Shown: positions 50,521 to 63,370 of the stretch, in pieces
Layout of the letters: every line of letters begins with the position of its first letter
Position numbering within the stretch: the first letter of the stretch is position 1
Origin: Camelus dromedarius
Taxonomy: Eukaryota
Length of the DNA: 64,000 bases
Assembly (NCBI RefSeq): GCF_036321535.1
Contig: NC_087436.1
Span: forward strand, 116,314,001-116,378,000
Reading direction: 5' to 3'
Notes under the pieces: generated by a model
Told to the model about the DNA's origin: nothing
What the model saw: only the letters and a program-made list of their open reading frames with translations
Databases searched by the model: none
Made by a program: the position numbers and the translations under genes

Positions 50521-52959
50521 ATGATGCTCTGCTGAAAACCTGAGCTGAGGCTGAGGAAAATCATCTTAGTATCTGCCTTAGATGCTAGCCTAGTAACCTC
50601 TTCTGCTGCCCTTTGCTTCTTCATGAGCTCCTCTTGGAAGTCCACCTGCCATTGACCATATTCTCTTCCCCCAGTTAGGGCTCAATTTATTTGCTATTTC
50701 CTTCCTGTAGTCATAAAAACATAAGATCTGGCATCAGAAACTCCCAAGAATCACGATTCTGCTGTATTTTATCTCCTGTGAGTTATTTAAGCACTTTCAG
50801 CCTATTTATTCTCCAAATGTAGGTTGCTGTGAAGACCAAGAGATCATTTATGAAGGGTTCCACAAATGGTAGTTTTTAGCCCCAAACTTTATTGAGATGC
50901 TGTAAGCGGTGACTGTCCAGAGCCTCATGCTTGTATATTCCATGCTTTTTTGGTCTTGAAACTCTGACCATTCCATGTCTAACTGATGGATTTGTTAAAT
51001 TACTGGAAATGCTATGAGATGTTCATATGAATCAGGCAGAGAACTCTCTGGAGCCATGGTGGCTCAAATAAACCAAAATTGGTTGGAGGACATGGAAAAG
51101 GTGTTTTAGAACCCTTAGCATCACAGCACTGAGTTCCACAATTACTCCCCTCTGCCCTTCCCACCCCCTCCCCAGTAATAGGCAGCCTGTGGAAACTCAG
51201 TCTTTGACCTACAGGAATATGAAATTTTTAATTTAATTTAGTTTAATTTAACTTTTCTGGATGAGAAAAGATTAGAACATATCTATTCTGAACCTGGCAG
51301 GTCCAAAAGAGAAGGCAAGACTAAAGTGACTGGGTATTATTGTTACCCACTTTTGATGACTTTGAGTCAATTCCTGCTGAGGATCATCACAGGAGTGGTA
51401 AATAAGTAGTTCTTCCGAACATGTGGGACAGGGAATCTCTCTTTAAATATGAGAACAGTGTCAATGGGGTAGGTGGATGAAACTTTCTCTGGGTTTCTCC
51501 AGAGGCCATAACTTGGACCAGTGGGTGGTTTACATGATATGAGAATTGGATCATCTTAAGGAAGAACTCCAACAGTCAGGATTGGATTCAATGAATGAAC
51601 TGACTGAAGAGCTTATGAGCAGAGGCAGAAAGCCCACGGCTCTAGGGGTGTATTATTTATCGGAAGAGCATATTTGGACCATCGAGGTTATCTGGATGGG
51701 TCCAGGTCTTGAATGACCCACATGGCCACTGACAAGCCATGTGACCCAAAAAATCTTACTTAATCTGAGCCTGTTTGTTACCTCATTGGCAAAACGATAG
51801 CTTCAAACTGAGTAAGTCTCAAGTTGCTTCCAGATCTAAAATTTTAGAAACACAACCAATCCAATGGTCTTGTCTGTTCTTTTCCATATCTCTTGGTTGT
51901 GTATATTCAAAGAATTTGTTGTGATTATATTACACTTTCTACATTTTATAGAGCCCTGTGCCTAAAAAAAGTATATTCCTTAGCAAAATAAAGGGACAAA
52001 ATAAAATCCCCCAAATAAAATACAATTGGCTTAAAAGAATAGGTTCAATAAGATTATCCTGATGCTAAATCACACTAAAAATAAAATAATAATTCTTCAT
52101 GATAAACTAACACATCTAGCCAGAATTATGCTTAAGGCTAACCTACATTCTGATAGCAAAAATGAAAAGCTGAAAAGCAATGGTACACCCTGAAATAAAT
52201 TGTATCATATAGATACTTAAAATGATGAATATTCCCAGCATTTTTTTTTGTTTGTTATATCTTGAGAGTCTATAGTTGACTTCACAGCCGATTATACATC
52301 ATTTTAAATATTGAAGAACCATTGAAACACTATAAAATAGGAAAGATAATGGGATCATTCTCAAGAAATGAGGTAAGGCTGATTCTCTGTCCACTACAAT
52401 AGATTGTATTCAATAAATTTCCAACACAGTAGGGGAAAAAAAGAAATGCTTTTAGTGTACTCATGTTAATAGCAAAAGATATGTCTTTTTATTTTACAAA
52501 AAATATTCATTCTTCCTTACACTGTTTCCAGTCAGTTTCCACAGTTTTAAGCAGCTTTGTTCCCTGTGAAACAAAATCGCTAAAGACTAGAGACGGTTGG
52601 CCAGCTACTTTTTCACTCCTGGAGAAAGCAATGCAGCATTTGGCTTTCCCTGGTAGGCTGTGAGACCAGTGTTCCTGTTGAGTAAGCGAGAGAGATTTTC
52701 ATCCCAACTGAGGAGTCAGGAAGGTCTGTTGAATCAATTCCTTTAAGACCAACTTCCATGTGCTGCCATTTGCTCTAGGTGAATCCACATCCACATTTAA
52801 CTACTAAGAATTTATCCTCATGAGTTAGGGGTTAGAGGGAGAAGATATTGAGATAACCCCATATTTCTCTAAAGTTCTTGCATTTCTTGAAAGGAAATAA
52901 TCTCAGGAAAGATGCTAAAATGTGTATTGTGTAGCTTTGTGACTCATGGTGTCAGTCTG

Positions 52960-53966
52960 TTTTTTGGTTTTGTTTTTTATTTTAAATGCAGTGTTATCAA
53001 CTATAATCAGCATGTTTTTCATTAAATCTTTAGAAATTTTTCACCTTATAGCTGACCGTTAGAACCTTTTTATCAACATTTCCCTATTTCCCCCATGCCC
53101 CAGCCCCAGGCAACCACTTTTTTACTTTCTATTTCTGTCAGTTTGATTGATATTTTTGGCTCCACATATAAGTGATACCATACAGTATTTGTCTTTCTGT
53201 CTGACTTATTTCACTCAAAGTCCATCTATGTTGTTACAAATGATAGGATTTCATGTATATATAGTATTTTCTTTACCCATTCATCTATGATGAGCACTTA
53301 GATTGTTTCCATGTCTCGGCTGTTGTGAATTATGCTCCAGTGAACACAGGGGTGCAGATACCTCTTTAATATCTTGTTTTCATTTCCTTTGGATATATAC
53401 CCAGAAGTGATATCAATGAATCATATAGTAGTTCAATTTTTAATTTTTTGCAGAATCTCTACACTGTTTTTTATTGCGGCTGCCCCAATTTACATTCCCA
53501 CCAACGATGCACAAAGGTTTCATTTTCTCCACATTCTCTCCAACTTTGTAATCTCTTGTCTTTTTATGACAATCATCCTAGAAGGTGTGAGATGATATCT
53601 CACTGTGGTGTTGATTTGCATTTCCTAAATAATTAGCAATAGCATCTTCTCATGTACCTGCTGACTATCTGCATGTCTTCTTTGTAAAAATGTCTATTCA
53701 GGCCCTCTGACCATTTTTGAACCAGATTGTTTCTTTTTCTTTTTATTTATTTATTTTTTTTTTTTGCTATTGAGTTATATGAGTTCTTCCTACAATTTGG
53801 ATATTAACTCCTTATCAGATATGTAGTTTGTAAATAAGTTCTCCTATTCCAAAGGTTGCCTTTTTATTTTGTAGATAGTTTTCTGTGTTGTACAGATGCT
53901 TTTAAGTTTGGTGTAGTACCACTTGTTTATTTTTGCTTTTGTTTCCTTTACCTTTGGTGTCAAATC
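52960..53966 (-). mobile_element. L1MA9-like 3' fragment (ORF2 C-terminus and 3' UTR)
   Basis: ccacatataagtgataccatacagtatttgtctttct...tcctttggatatatacccagaagtg...gtgtgagatgatatctcactgtgg...ccttatcagatatgtagtttg. Confidence 0.95.
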
Positions 53967-54872
53967 ACTCACAGTCTTTTCTTACCAGCTACAGTGGAGT
54001 GAGAGGGACGGAGAACTTGGTTTGCTAGGAATGTTGCAAATCTTTGACCTAGCTGCATTGACTTAGGCAACTCAAGTAATTCTTTGAGTATTTTTCTTTA
54101 TCTATAAAATAAGAACATCGCTGGTTATGAGTGTAGCTCCAATTAAATTTGGGAAGAATGGATGGAACTTCCTGGAAAACTATCAAGATGGTAGTTTCTC
54201 ATGGCATATGTATTGAAAATAATTAGACATTGAATATAGAGTGATAGTTTCCAAATGTAGAAGGGAAAATGCAAGGAGAAGGTGTGAGAGGGACGGGCAG
54301 AGGGAAAGCAAGAGTGAGGTGAGTGAGAGAGAAGGAAAGGAAAGGGAAGGGGAGAAGGATAAACAGAAGGGAAGGCAAGGGAGGGGACCTCAGCCCCAGG
54401 CTCTTGGGTGCTCTCTCTTGACACTGTATAAAGTTCCCACACCCACATGCAGTGGCTGGCTTCTCTCTAACCCCGGAATCGTGTCTGACTCAACAGAATT
54501 GTCATCATTCACAAAAGCCAGCACTGAAGAATGTACCTCATTCCTTGAAAGCCCCACATCAGGCAGTGTGGTACCTGACACAGAATTCAAGCTCTCTTTC
54601 TATATATATTTTTTTCTGCATATATTTCTGACCTGGTTAAGTGGCATGGTGGGAGAATGGGATCTCTAGAAGGCAAGCTGAGGAAGCATGAGTTTGCACC
54701 TTCTATGTTGTTTAGTAGCTTCGATCCCCAAGAGGGCTCTTTACTTCTGTGTGTTCTTCTTTGTAAACTCGGGAGATTGCTTAGCTCAAAGGTTAGTTGG
54801 GAGAATTACACAAAACAACAGGTTGTTGAGTAGGAATATGTACCTCACAAGGTGCTATCCAAGCGAGAGCGT

Positions 54873-55297
54873 TTCCTAAGGTTTGAACCATCCCCCTAAA
54901 AATTATGCTGAAGGCCCAACCCCCGGTACTTCACTGCAGATGTAGTTAAGACGAGGTTACACCACTGGAATAGAGTGGGCCCTCATCCGGAATGACTGCT
55001 CTCCTTACGAGAAGACGGAAATTTGGAGACAGTCACTGACACAGATGCTGGGAAGAAGGCCGTGTGAGGATGAAGGCAGAGACTGGAGCGATGCAGCCAT
55101 AAGCTAAGGGATAGCAAGGATTTCTGGGAAACTCCAGAAGCTGGGAGGAGACAAGGAAGGATAGGGTCTCAGAGCACAGCCCTGCTGATACTTGATTTTG
55201 AACGTCTATTCTCTATAACTGCGAGGCAATACTTGTTTGTTGCTGAAAGCCACCCTGTGTGTGACACTTGGTAGTGGCAGCCCTAAGAAACTAATGT
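54873..55297 (+). mobile_element. MLT1C-type MaLR LTR
   Basis: tgcagatgtagttaagacgagg...aggcagagactggagcgatgcagcc...ccagaagctgggagg...ccctgctgatac...gcagccctaagaaactaa. Confidence 0.9.
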
Positions 55298-55429
55298 GGC
55301 CTTTTATGGCTGCTTTATGTTTTATTTTTCTCCTGCTTCCCAAATTATGTTCAGCTATGTAGTGAGCACTTCAGTACCAAGCATTATGCAAGTCATTAGG
55401 AATAAAAAGGTAAAGATACCTGGCACTGA

Positions 55430-55625
55430 TATAGTGTTACTACGTGCCAGATCCTGTGTTAAATAATTTATATAAAACACAGAACTGTGATATTGATACT
55501 GTTTCCATCCCCAATTTATAAATGAGGAAATTAAATTTCAAAGAGTTAAGTATCCTGCCCAAAGTCACCTAGCTAGTCAAGATTCGAACCTAGATTTCTA
55601 GAGACAATGTGTTTAACCAATCACT
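55430..55625 (-). mobile_element. MIR SINE (within L2-like sequence)
   Basis: ttactacgtgccag...ccccaatttataaatgaggaaatt...gttaagtatcctgcccaaagtcac...gattcgaacc. Confidence 0.85.
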
Positions 55626-56154
55626 GTGCACACAGTGTCTCTAGGTGAATTATACACAGTTCCTGACAGCAAGGAACTCACCATATAAAAACAGGAGACT
55701 AACAGGCTTATAAATATTTAAAATACAGAATTTTTTGAGGGCAGAGATAGGTAAATACAGTATATTGATGCAACCCAGAAAAGAGATGGAATGATTAGGA
55801 GTCCTGGAAGACTTCATGGAGGAGGTGATAAATAAGAGAGTTGTAAAGGATATCAAGGAGAGAAAAATGCATTCACAGCTAGAAGTACTGGGTATGTGTG
55901 CTTCTCACGAACAAGCGTGATTTCAGCAGACTGGAGTTACGGAAGAAGACTACAGATAGTGTGGTCCCCGTCTGTGGTATCTGGATTCTGTTTGCCTGGA
56001 GAACAGCAGGGTCTGGGTTGAATGGTGGCAAAGAAGGAGCACAGGTTTTGAATTTGGAGATCTGGGTTTGAACAGTGCAGAGTCTTCCACTTTCTTTTAA
56101 TTTTTGTCTCCAAGGACTTGCCTCCAGTATGTGGCTACTGTCATTCCAACTTGA

Positions 56155-56750
56155 GTCATTTGTTCATTCATTCATTCATTCACTCATTTGTTTATTTATC
56201 TATTCAATATGCATTTATTGATTGTTTACTTTTTGCCAAGCCCTCTTTTAAGTGATGGAGACAGAGAAAGGAAGAAGCTCTCAAGATTCCCACTTCCTTG
56301 GTGCTTACATTTTTGAGTGATAGCAAATTATAAAGTAAATAAGTGCCACTATGCAATAATTTTATCTAGTGATAGCTGACTTGGAGACAATGGAAACTAG
56401 GTGCTTAGGTGGGGCATAACAATGAGTGAGGGATGCTATTGATAGAATAGAGAAGGCCTCTCTGCAGAGGTGACATTGGAGTCGAGGCCTGAAGTATGAC
56501 TCTGGACAATTCATGGTATGATTTGATGCAAGATGATCCTAGGCTAAAGCCACAGCAGATGCAATGCCCTTAGAGGACAGTAGGCTAGTGCACCATGAAA
56601 GAGAGGTGTTCTAGGATATGAGATCCTAGAGGGAAACAATGTCCAAGTTCTGCTCTTGTCAGGTGTTAGTATTTCATGGTGAAGCTGATGGTAAGTCACT
56701 CCAAGAATACAAAGAGGGGGTGATGTAGTCAGATTTGCATTTTCAAGAGT
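56155..56750 (-). mobile_element. L2a 3' fragment with (TTCA)n tail
   Basis: ttcattcattcattca...catttattga...gaaggcctctctgcagaggtgacattgga...gatttgcatttt. Confidence 0.85.
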
Positions 56751-57454
56751 TCCCTGGATTGGTAACCCATTGGGTCAATATGAGAAAGAATATCTCTAAC
56801 CATTATTGAGGCCAGAATTATGCACTTGAACTTGGGAAGTGTCCAGTAAATCCTTCTGGACTTGACTCATTCAATGTAGCAGCACTGGAGTTTTAAGCCT
56901 AGTTTTATCATTATGTTGACAGTCCCTAGATGTATGGAGCTGTGAGGGGAGAGGATGGGTGGTTGTATAATGGAGAATATAGGAGTCGTGTTCTTTCATT
57001 CATACTCTTCTCCCATTGCCAGAGTATGGCTAGCCAAACTGTAGCCCAATTCAGTGGTAAATATCGTCTACCTTACTTGCTTCTTTTCCCAGAGCTGGAG
57101 TCCGTTAGTATCCATCAAAGACACCGGTCTCACTATGATCCTCAGACCTTACTCAAACATGGAGAGATTTAGGATATTCCGGCCCAAAGGTAGAATCCAG
57201 TTGGCCTGTTTCTGGTCCAGCTATTGTCCTGGGCCTCCTTTTAGGATGTGGATTTTTGTTTTGTTCCTTGGATCTCTGATCTATTCATATGATTCCTATC
57301 TTGCTCACTGTCATCTTGGGCCTGTGTCTAAACTGCCGTCCCAGGTGGAATATTCTGATATAAAGAATGAAGGCTACTGTAGTGCCAAGTGATATCCTTT
57401 TCTGTCCTAGCAGGGATATCAAAACTAGCATAAAGAATAATGTCAAAATACATA

Positions 57455-57610
57455 ATCATTCACTCATTCATCCAGGCAATAAATATTACTTAACTATTAC
57501 TATGTACTGAGTACTCTGCTAAGTACCACACCAGACACTGGGGGGAAATATAACAATGAAAAATGTAGACGTGATCCTTGGACTCATGGAACTCATGGAG
57601 TCTAGCGGCA
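57455..57610 (-). mobile_element. L2 3' end
   Basis: tcattcactcattc...atgtactgagtactctgctaag...ctcatggagtctag. Confidence 0.65.
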
Positions 57611-58514
57611 GAAGGTAGTGGTGGGAGAGAAAGCAGATAGAATATGGTTGTAAAGAATCCATCAAAAGAGCCAGAAAAGTGAGAATGGTTCTGAAATGAA
57701 AGATCCAATCAATGACACCAAGTGGGAGTGACTTGGGGTGAAGGTCCCCACAGAGGTGCCCTGGGGCACCAGTGGGCAGGAGCAGTCATTTCATAGCACC
57801 TCTGCTGGGGAACCCAGTTGAAGAGGTTGGAGTGGGTCCAGACACTCATCTTGGAAACTGATCTTGTACCTCCAGTTCTCTTACCCTAGAGTCCCTGGTG
57901 GCTGGCCCACATGACTTCAGATCACTCCCCTAACCTCCCTCTCACACCTTTTGTTCCTTTTGCTGATGACAGAATTTCCGGAATCCTGGATCTTTGAAGC
58001 AGGATTCTTCCTGGTCTCCAGGCTCAGGTGACTCTGATCCACTCCACTTCATCCTAGGTCACGCTGATGGCCAACCACAGTGTGACTGTTGCTACACTCC
58101 ACAGTTCATGGAGTCTGCTTTCTAATTGGGACTTTATCTCATTTATCTGCTTGGTCTCCCTCTCAGTACTTACCTTCTCCCTCAAGGGTGTGTCCATAGT
58201 CTCTGGCCATGGCCCTTACTTTCTGCCCTGGCCCACAAGTGTTAGCCCAAACGTGAACTGGGCTGTACTTTTCCATCATTTTGGTCACTAGAACTGCTCA
58301 GTTGTTGTTTTTACCCATTTGATTTAGAAGAAAAAAATGTCCCTCTAAGTTGTTTTTTTGTTTGTTTGTTTGTTTGTTTTTTGTTGTTGTTGTTTTAACA
58401 TCCTCTGAATTGCCTTAACGTTTTTTGCAGGGAACTTCTGGGTAGGAGTCTTCAAGACAATGAGTTATAAGTTTCACCTGCCTGTACTCTGCTACTCAAG
58501 AAAAACAAAACAAC

Positions 58515-58841
58515 ATATTAGATGTTATCCCTTATAGTTGGAATCTAAAAAATGAAACAAACACATGAATATAACAGAACAGAAAGACTCACAGATACAG
58601 AAAACAAACTAGTAATCACCAGTGGGGAGAGGGGTGGGAGGAGGGGCAGGATTTAGGTGTGATAGTAATAAGTACAAACTACTATGTATAAAATAAATAA
58701 GCTACAAGGATGTATTATACAGCACAGGGGATATGGCCAATATTTTATATACCTTTAAATGGAGTATAATCTATAAGAATATTGAATCACCATGTTGTGC
58801 ACCTGGAACTAATATATTATAAATCAAATATACTTCAAAAA
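58515..58841 (+). mobile_element. Short 5'-truncated L1 3' UTR insertion with TSD
   Basis: tggaatctaaaaaatgaaacaa...gtacaaactactatgtataaaataaataagctacaagga...tatacttcaaaaaaa. The TSD-like sequence aagaaaaa(a)caaaa lies at 58498-58510 and 58842-58855. Confidence 0.92.
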
Positions 58842-59789
58842 AAGAAAAAACAAAAACACCAGGCATCTGTATCCCACTCCCAAAGATGATTGACAAGTGA
58901 GGAGAGATTCTCAGATGGAGGATTAATTCATGTCAAAATGGGTCTTCCAGTTAATCACAATAATGACAGTTCAATGAGTATGATTTCTTCTTTGCCTTAA
59001 CAAAGAAATTGCAGATGGGTAGAGTAGATAGCGGGGGGTGGGGGGGGAAGGGGCACCATGAGCAGAGACTTGCCTGTTTGCGCCAACAAAACTTCAAGAT
59101 CCCAATAAAGAGCTCATAAGAACCGATGAGTTAACAGCTGCAACCTTTCTCTCTGCTGACTAAAACTGAAATCTGAAAGATGAATATTGGCCCTTGGGCC
59201 GTGTATCTTTGAACAATCCTTTCTTTAAGGAGTGAAGAAATTATTTAAAAATGTAAACTGAACTCTGCTTTCCCAAGTGTTTACATAAATCAATATATAT
59301 CAAATGGCAGGCATGCTATTGTATAAAAAAGGAATGTGTCTTGTTCCTGGAATATAGGGTGCCAGATTACACGTATAAGCATGGATTCACACATCACGTT
59401 TTTGCTTATTCATCCAAGAGATGGAGATATTTATATTCAACAAGGGAAAAACATGTAGTGTCAACGTGGGAAATATTTACACGTGAAAATCAGAAAGGAT
59501 ACATGAGGAAATTATTTGCATTACCTGGACTAGGATAAAAACTCATACCTGCACTTGAAGAATCCAGATAACTAAAGTGGAAGTGTGCTGCCCCCTGTTA
59601 CAGAGTCAACCACTGACAGTTCATTGTATGTCCTAAACACCACTCAAACCCATCCTCTGATTTGCAACCCTGCTGCCAATTCCTGAATTCAGAAATGTAT
59701 CAACTCTTCCTTAGATCAGAGGGGATAATAAACTGAGTGATTTAACACGTATGTAAAAATTCCCCTCAAATTGTAAAGATTGTTACCTT

Positions 59790-60065
59790 GTATAGGTCAC
59801 TAGTGACACGGGACTGGCATTTTATTATGCCAAATAAAAATATTTTAAAAGCACACCATCTACTATCAACCAACATTTTGTAAAACGAACGATACATTTA
59901 ATGTCAGAAAAACATGTAAAATCACAATTTCAAAATGTGTTCTTTTTAACTGAACACGTTGGATTTCATTAAATCAGATGCATTCTGTATTGTCTTTACC
60001 CTTCTCATTTTGCTAGAGACCTGTGAAAACTTCCTCAAAAAGCAGGTCGGTCAAATCAAAACCTT
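59790..60065. mobile_element. Possible old hAT-Charlie-type DNA transposon fragment
   Basis: General resemblance only: AT-rich core with GC-containing ends. Family not identified. Confidence 0.3.
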
Positions 60066-60299
60066 AGATTCTCATATAGTCTTCTAGAACATCTTCCTAA
60101 CTCCAGTTTTCCCACGCTGACTTCTTCTTGCTACTTCAGAGAAAATGATCTTAATATGCAAAGTACTCACTTGCTCACAACCCACTGTAGCTCGCCGTTA
60201 TCCTCAGAAGAGTTTATACTCTCTGCTAAGAGAGGCATAACCCTCTAGGTCCTGGGGTTCAGGGACTTCCCAGCTCACACTGGGAGTGCTCCCACACTG

Positions 60300-60890
60300 T
60301 CAGACTCACACAGGCTCAGGTGTGCTCGGTTGAACCTTTTTGTTTGTAAATGCTGTTCCCTCTGTCTATTCTCACATGATAAACCCCTCCCTGCTCTTCT
60401 CTTCTCAAACCTAGCGCAACCTTCTTTGCACGTCCCCAGGCTGCATTTTACTCATTCAGCCAATAAATGTTTATTGAACCTCGGCTGTATGCCAGGCATA
60501 CGGGTAGAGCATAAAGGTGGAGCAGAAAACAGAACAGACAAAACCCCTGCTTGTAGGGAACTTGCATGCTTACACTTTCTTTTCCCTAAGCTGCCACTGC
60601 ACCTTATGTATAATCCCATCATATTGTGGGGCCGCATGACTTGTCTTCCAAACCAAAACCCTTTCAAGAGTAAGAAGAATGTTATTAGTAATTATTACCG
60701 GATGACAGGTATGAACCAGTCCTATCCATGGCAATCTAGAATGTTTGACTACCGACTATAGAACTTGTCAGCATTTGTTAGTGTTTCAAAGTTCCCTAAG
60801 AATGTTGTATGCATAGCGCCTACCATATACCAAGGATGCAATTGGCAAGCAAAGAAAAAAAAAAAGTTGACTTGTTGAATATGTTGATTC
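60300..60890. mobile_element. L2 fragments: a plus-strand copy interrupted by a minus-strand L2 tail (~60450-60565) and MER94
   Basis: tgctgttccctctgtct (plus); cattcagccaataaatgtttattgaac...tatgccaggca...acaaaacccctgc (minus). Confidence 0.7.
60626..60758 (+). mobile_element. MER94 (hAT-Blackjack) MITE inserted in L2 sequence
   Basis: cttccaaaccaaaaccctttcaagagtaagaagaatgttattagtaatta...gatgacaggtatgaaccag matches MER94; length ~133 bp. Confidence 0.75.
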
Positions 60891-60979
60891 ATTTAATAGT
60901 GAAAAAAAGTGTGAATAAATCATCACAACTCTCCATTTAACTTTGCATGTGTGGACCCTAGTGTGTTCCTAAAGTAAAT

Positions 60980-61375
60980 AATCAGAACTCTTTTATAGGC
61001 TACAAGTGGCAAAAGCACAACTCAAGTTAAATTAAGGGAGAAAAGAAGTGTGCCTGGAAATCTGAGGGGGTTAGCATTAGATATGGCAAGATATAATAGT
61101 TCAAGTAACGTAATCTTTCTCCCTCTCTCTCTCCCTGTCTTTCTCTCCCTCCCTCTCTCTCCATTTTCAGGTCACCTTCTTCTCGCTGCTTGGCCTCGTT
61201 CTTAAACAAACTCTCTCTATAGAGAATCAAGTTGGCCCCCAGAAGCTGTAGGCTTCCTTGATTTTTACAGCTTATGATTCCAGAGAAAGAGGAATCATTT
61301 TTATGAAGAGTTTCAGCTAAATTTTCAAGGAGGACTTTGATCGGCTTGTCTTGGGTAACTTATTTTTCTTGAAAC
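60980..61375 (-). mobile_element. Old MLT1 (J/K/L-like) LTR
   Basis: cagaactctttt..ggctacaagtggcaaaagcacaactcaa...gaggactttgatcggcttgtcttgggt. Confidence 0.7.
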
Positions 61376-61789
61376 GGTAATTTAAAGAAAAAAAAAAAAA
61401 GCATTGCCTGCTATCTGTACAGCGCTTTGTGCTAATTGCTTTAAGACCTTTTCATGGCTTCCCTCCTTTCATTCTCCCAGTAATCTTACATGCCAAGCAT
61501 TGTTGCTTCTGAACATCACAGAATTAATGGGATTCTCTCAGAGTGGGAATAGAATTACTTCCAAAGGAAGATTTGCTAGAAAGAAAAAAAAAAGTTCTAC
61601 TCTACCCCAAGAAATTGCTCAAATGCTGATATAATGCAAATATCCTAGAAGGTGCTGATTAAATGAGAAATGTATGAATTCCTTTATTATTGGTTAATTC
61701 AGGAGGATACACATTCTCCAAGCCCACATTCTCCCCGCTTTGTCTGGAAGGCCCTTTGGCTGCCCCTTCCACCCCCACAAAGAGACAGC

Positions 61790-62025
61790 AGAGGTCCAGG
61801 GCTTGGGAGCTGGGGGGTCAGGTAGCAGGTGTTTGAGTCTGGTGCCCGCATTTGCCAGCTGTAGGATCTTGGTCAAAATACTTTAATCTCTTAAACCTCA
61901 GTCCTATCATCCATATAATGGGGATACTTAAAAGACTACTGTGAAAACTAAATTAAGTAATATAGGGAGAGAGTACTTATCACAGTGTCAAGTCTAAGTG
62001 CTCGATCACAAATAACAGCTATTGT
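61790..62025 (+). mobile_element. MIR SINE
   Basis: gctgtaggatcttggtcaaaatactttaatctcttaaacctcagt...taatggggata...aagtgctc...aacagctatt. Confidence 0.8.
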
Positions 62026-63048
62026 TAGAGTTAGCTTTAGATACGACCTGGGGGCTCACACAGAGCCTGGTTCTCAGAAGAGCATCTTGCTCCGTTTAAT
62101 GTTCCATTATCACCTTCTTGAAATTCTTTATAATTTTATCTTTGAGCTTGTTTTTTGTAAGCAAAGTCCCACAGCACGATAGAGCTTGCCCATAAGTTGA
62201 GGAGATGAGCACGATTGGTCCGTCCACCATTCCTCTTCACTCCATTGCACATGGCGCTGCCAATCTCCGTGAGCACAGAGTTCTAGTAGATTCATGTTGC
62301 ATGAACGTTCAAGGAGATTCAAAGCCAATACAGGCTAACTGTGTTATGTCTTTGATGAAGTAAATGTGCTAACAGCTCAGGAAGGCTGTATTTTCTCTTT
62401 GAACTGGAACTTGCTTCAAACACAGAAATAAGGCAATGTCACTCAAAGAAACACACAAAGACCAAGGAGGCACTCAATCTTCTCTCCTGCTCCTGTTACT
62501 ACCGTGTATTAGCCAACCACTTACCCTGAAAATGATGACATAGCAGGAAAGAGAAAGATGGAATATCCCACTGTCTTGTTCCTTTTAGTCCTTCCTTATT
62601 CATCAGTAAAACAAAGGTAGGGCATGTTGGTTGAATATGTGCTTATAAAGAAGGGAGAGGAAAACAGTGGAGCTCGCTTTGTGCATTACTTCCACCATCA
62701 TGGTAAGAACAAAATGCATATGTGCATAGGAGTTATAAAACATGAACTGTGCAGTTTTGGCAATTCTGATTATGAGATAATGTTCTTATACTTACATTTA
62801 AGACTAATACTGCACCATGTAAAGACAAATGGGAAATTCTGTGTTAATAACTTAACACTTCAATTTGTATTTACTGAGATTGCATTAAATGCAAATAAAA
62901 AATCATGACAAGTTAAGAGAGACACCACTAAGGGGAAAAAAAAAAGCTTTAATTTTTGGTTTTTAGTGGAACTCCTTCTGCCTTTGGAACAAGGGACTCA
63001 TTTTTTTTTTATTTTGCTCTGGCCTTGCAAATTATGTAGCTGACCCTG
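62026..63048 (+). mobile_element. Near full-length MER45B-type (hAT-Tip100) non-autonomous DNA transposon
   Basis: 5' end gacctg...cacacagagcc...ctcagaag...cttgaaattctt; 3' end gaacaaggg...ttttgctctggccttgcaaattatgtagctgaccctg. Length ~1.02 kb; degenerate 8-bp TSD gctattgt/gctgtgtt. Confidence 0.88.
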
Positions 63049-63084
63049 GCTGTGTTACTATTAATATTTCACCCTGAGAATAAA

Positions 63085-63370
63085 TCTAGGCCTGCCTAAA
63101 TCCCACTGCTTCAAGGATGGCTGCCCTGATTACTTGATCCAATTCAATCTCTCTCCCTGTCTCTCTCTTTCTTTCTATTAATCCTGTAGCAGTTTTCTTA
63201 AATTTGTCTTTTAGCACGAGCTGCATTGTGATTGCGATATATTCCTGATTGTCAATTAGACTGTGAACTCCTTGGGGTTGAGAAACTTTTTTTGTTTCCC
63301 TGCGGCCCCAGAGCTCTCAGTCTTGTGACAGCCTAGACCAGTCTTGAATTAAAACTTCCTGAATGGAATC
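63085..63370 (+). mobile_element. L2 3' fragment
   Basis: ttagactgtgaactccttgggg...ccccagagc...tgaatggaat. Confidence 0.7.

Noticed and set aside
60300..60890. miRNA hairpin from inverted L2 ends (miR-28/151-like)
   Set aside because: The opposed L2 pieces are highly diverged and separated by other sequence; no long stem is visible.
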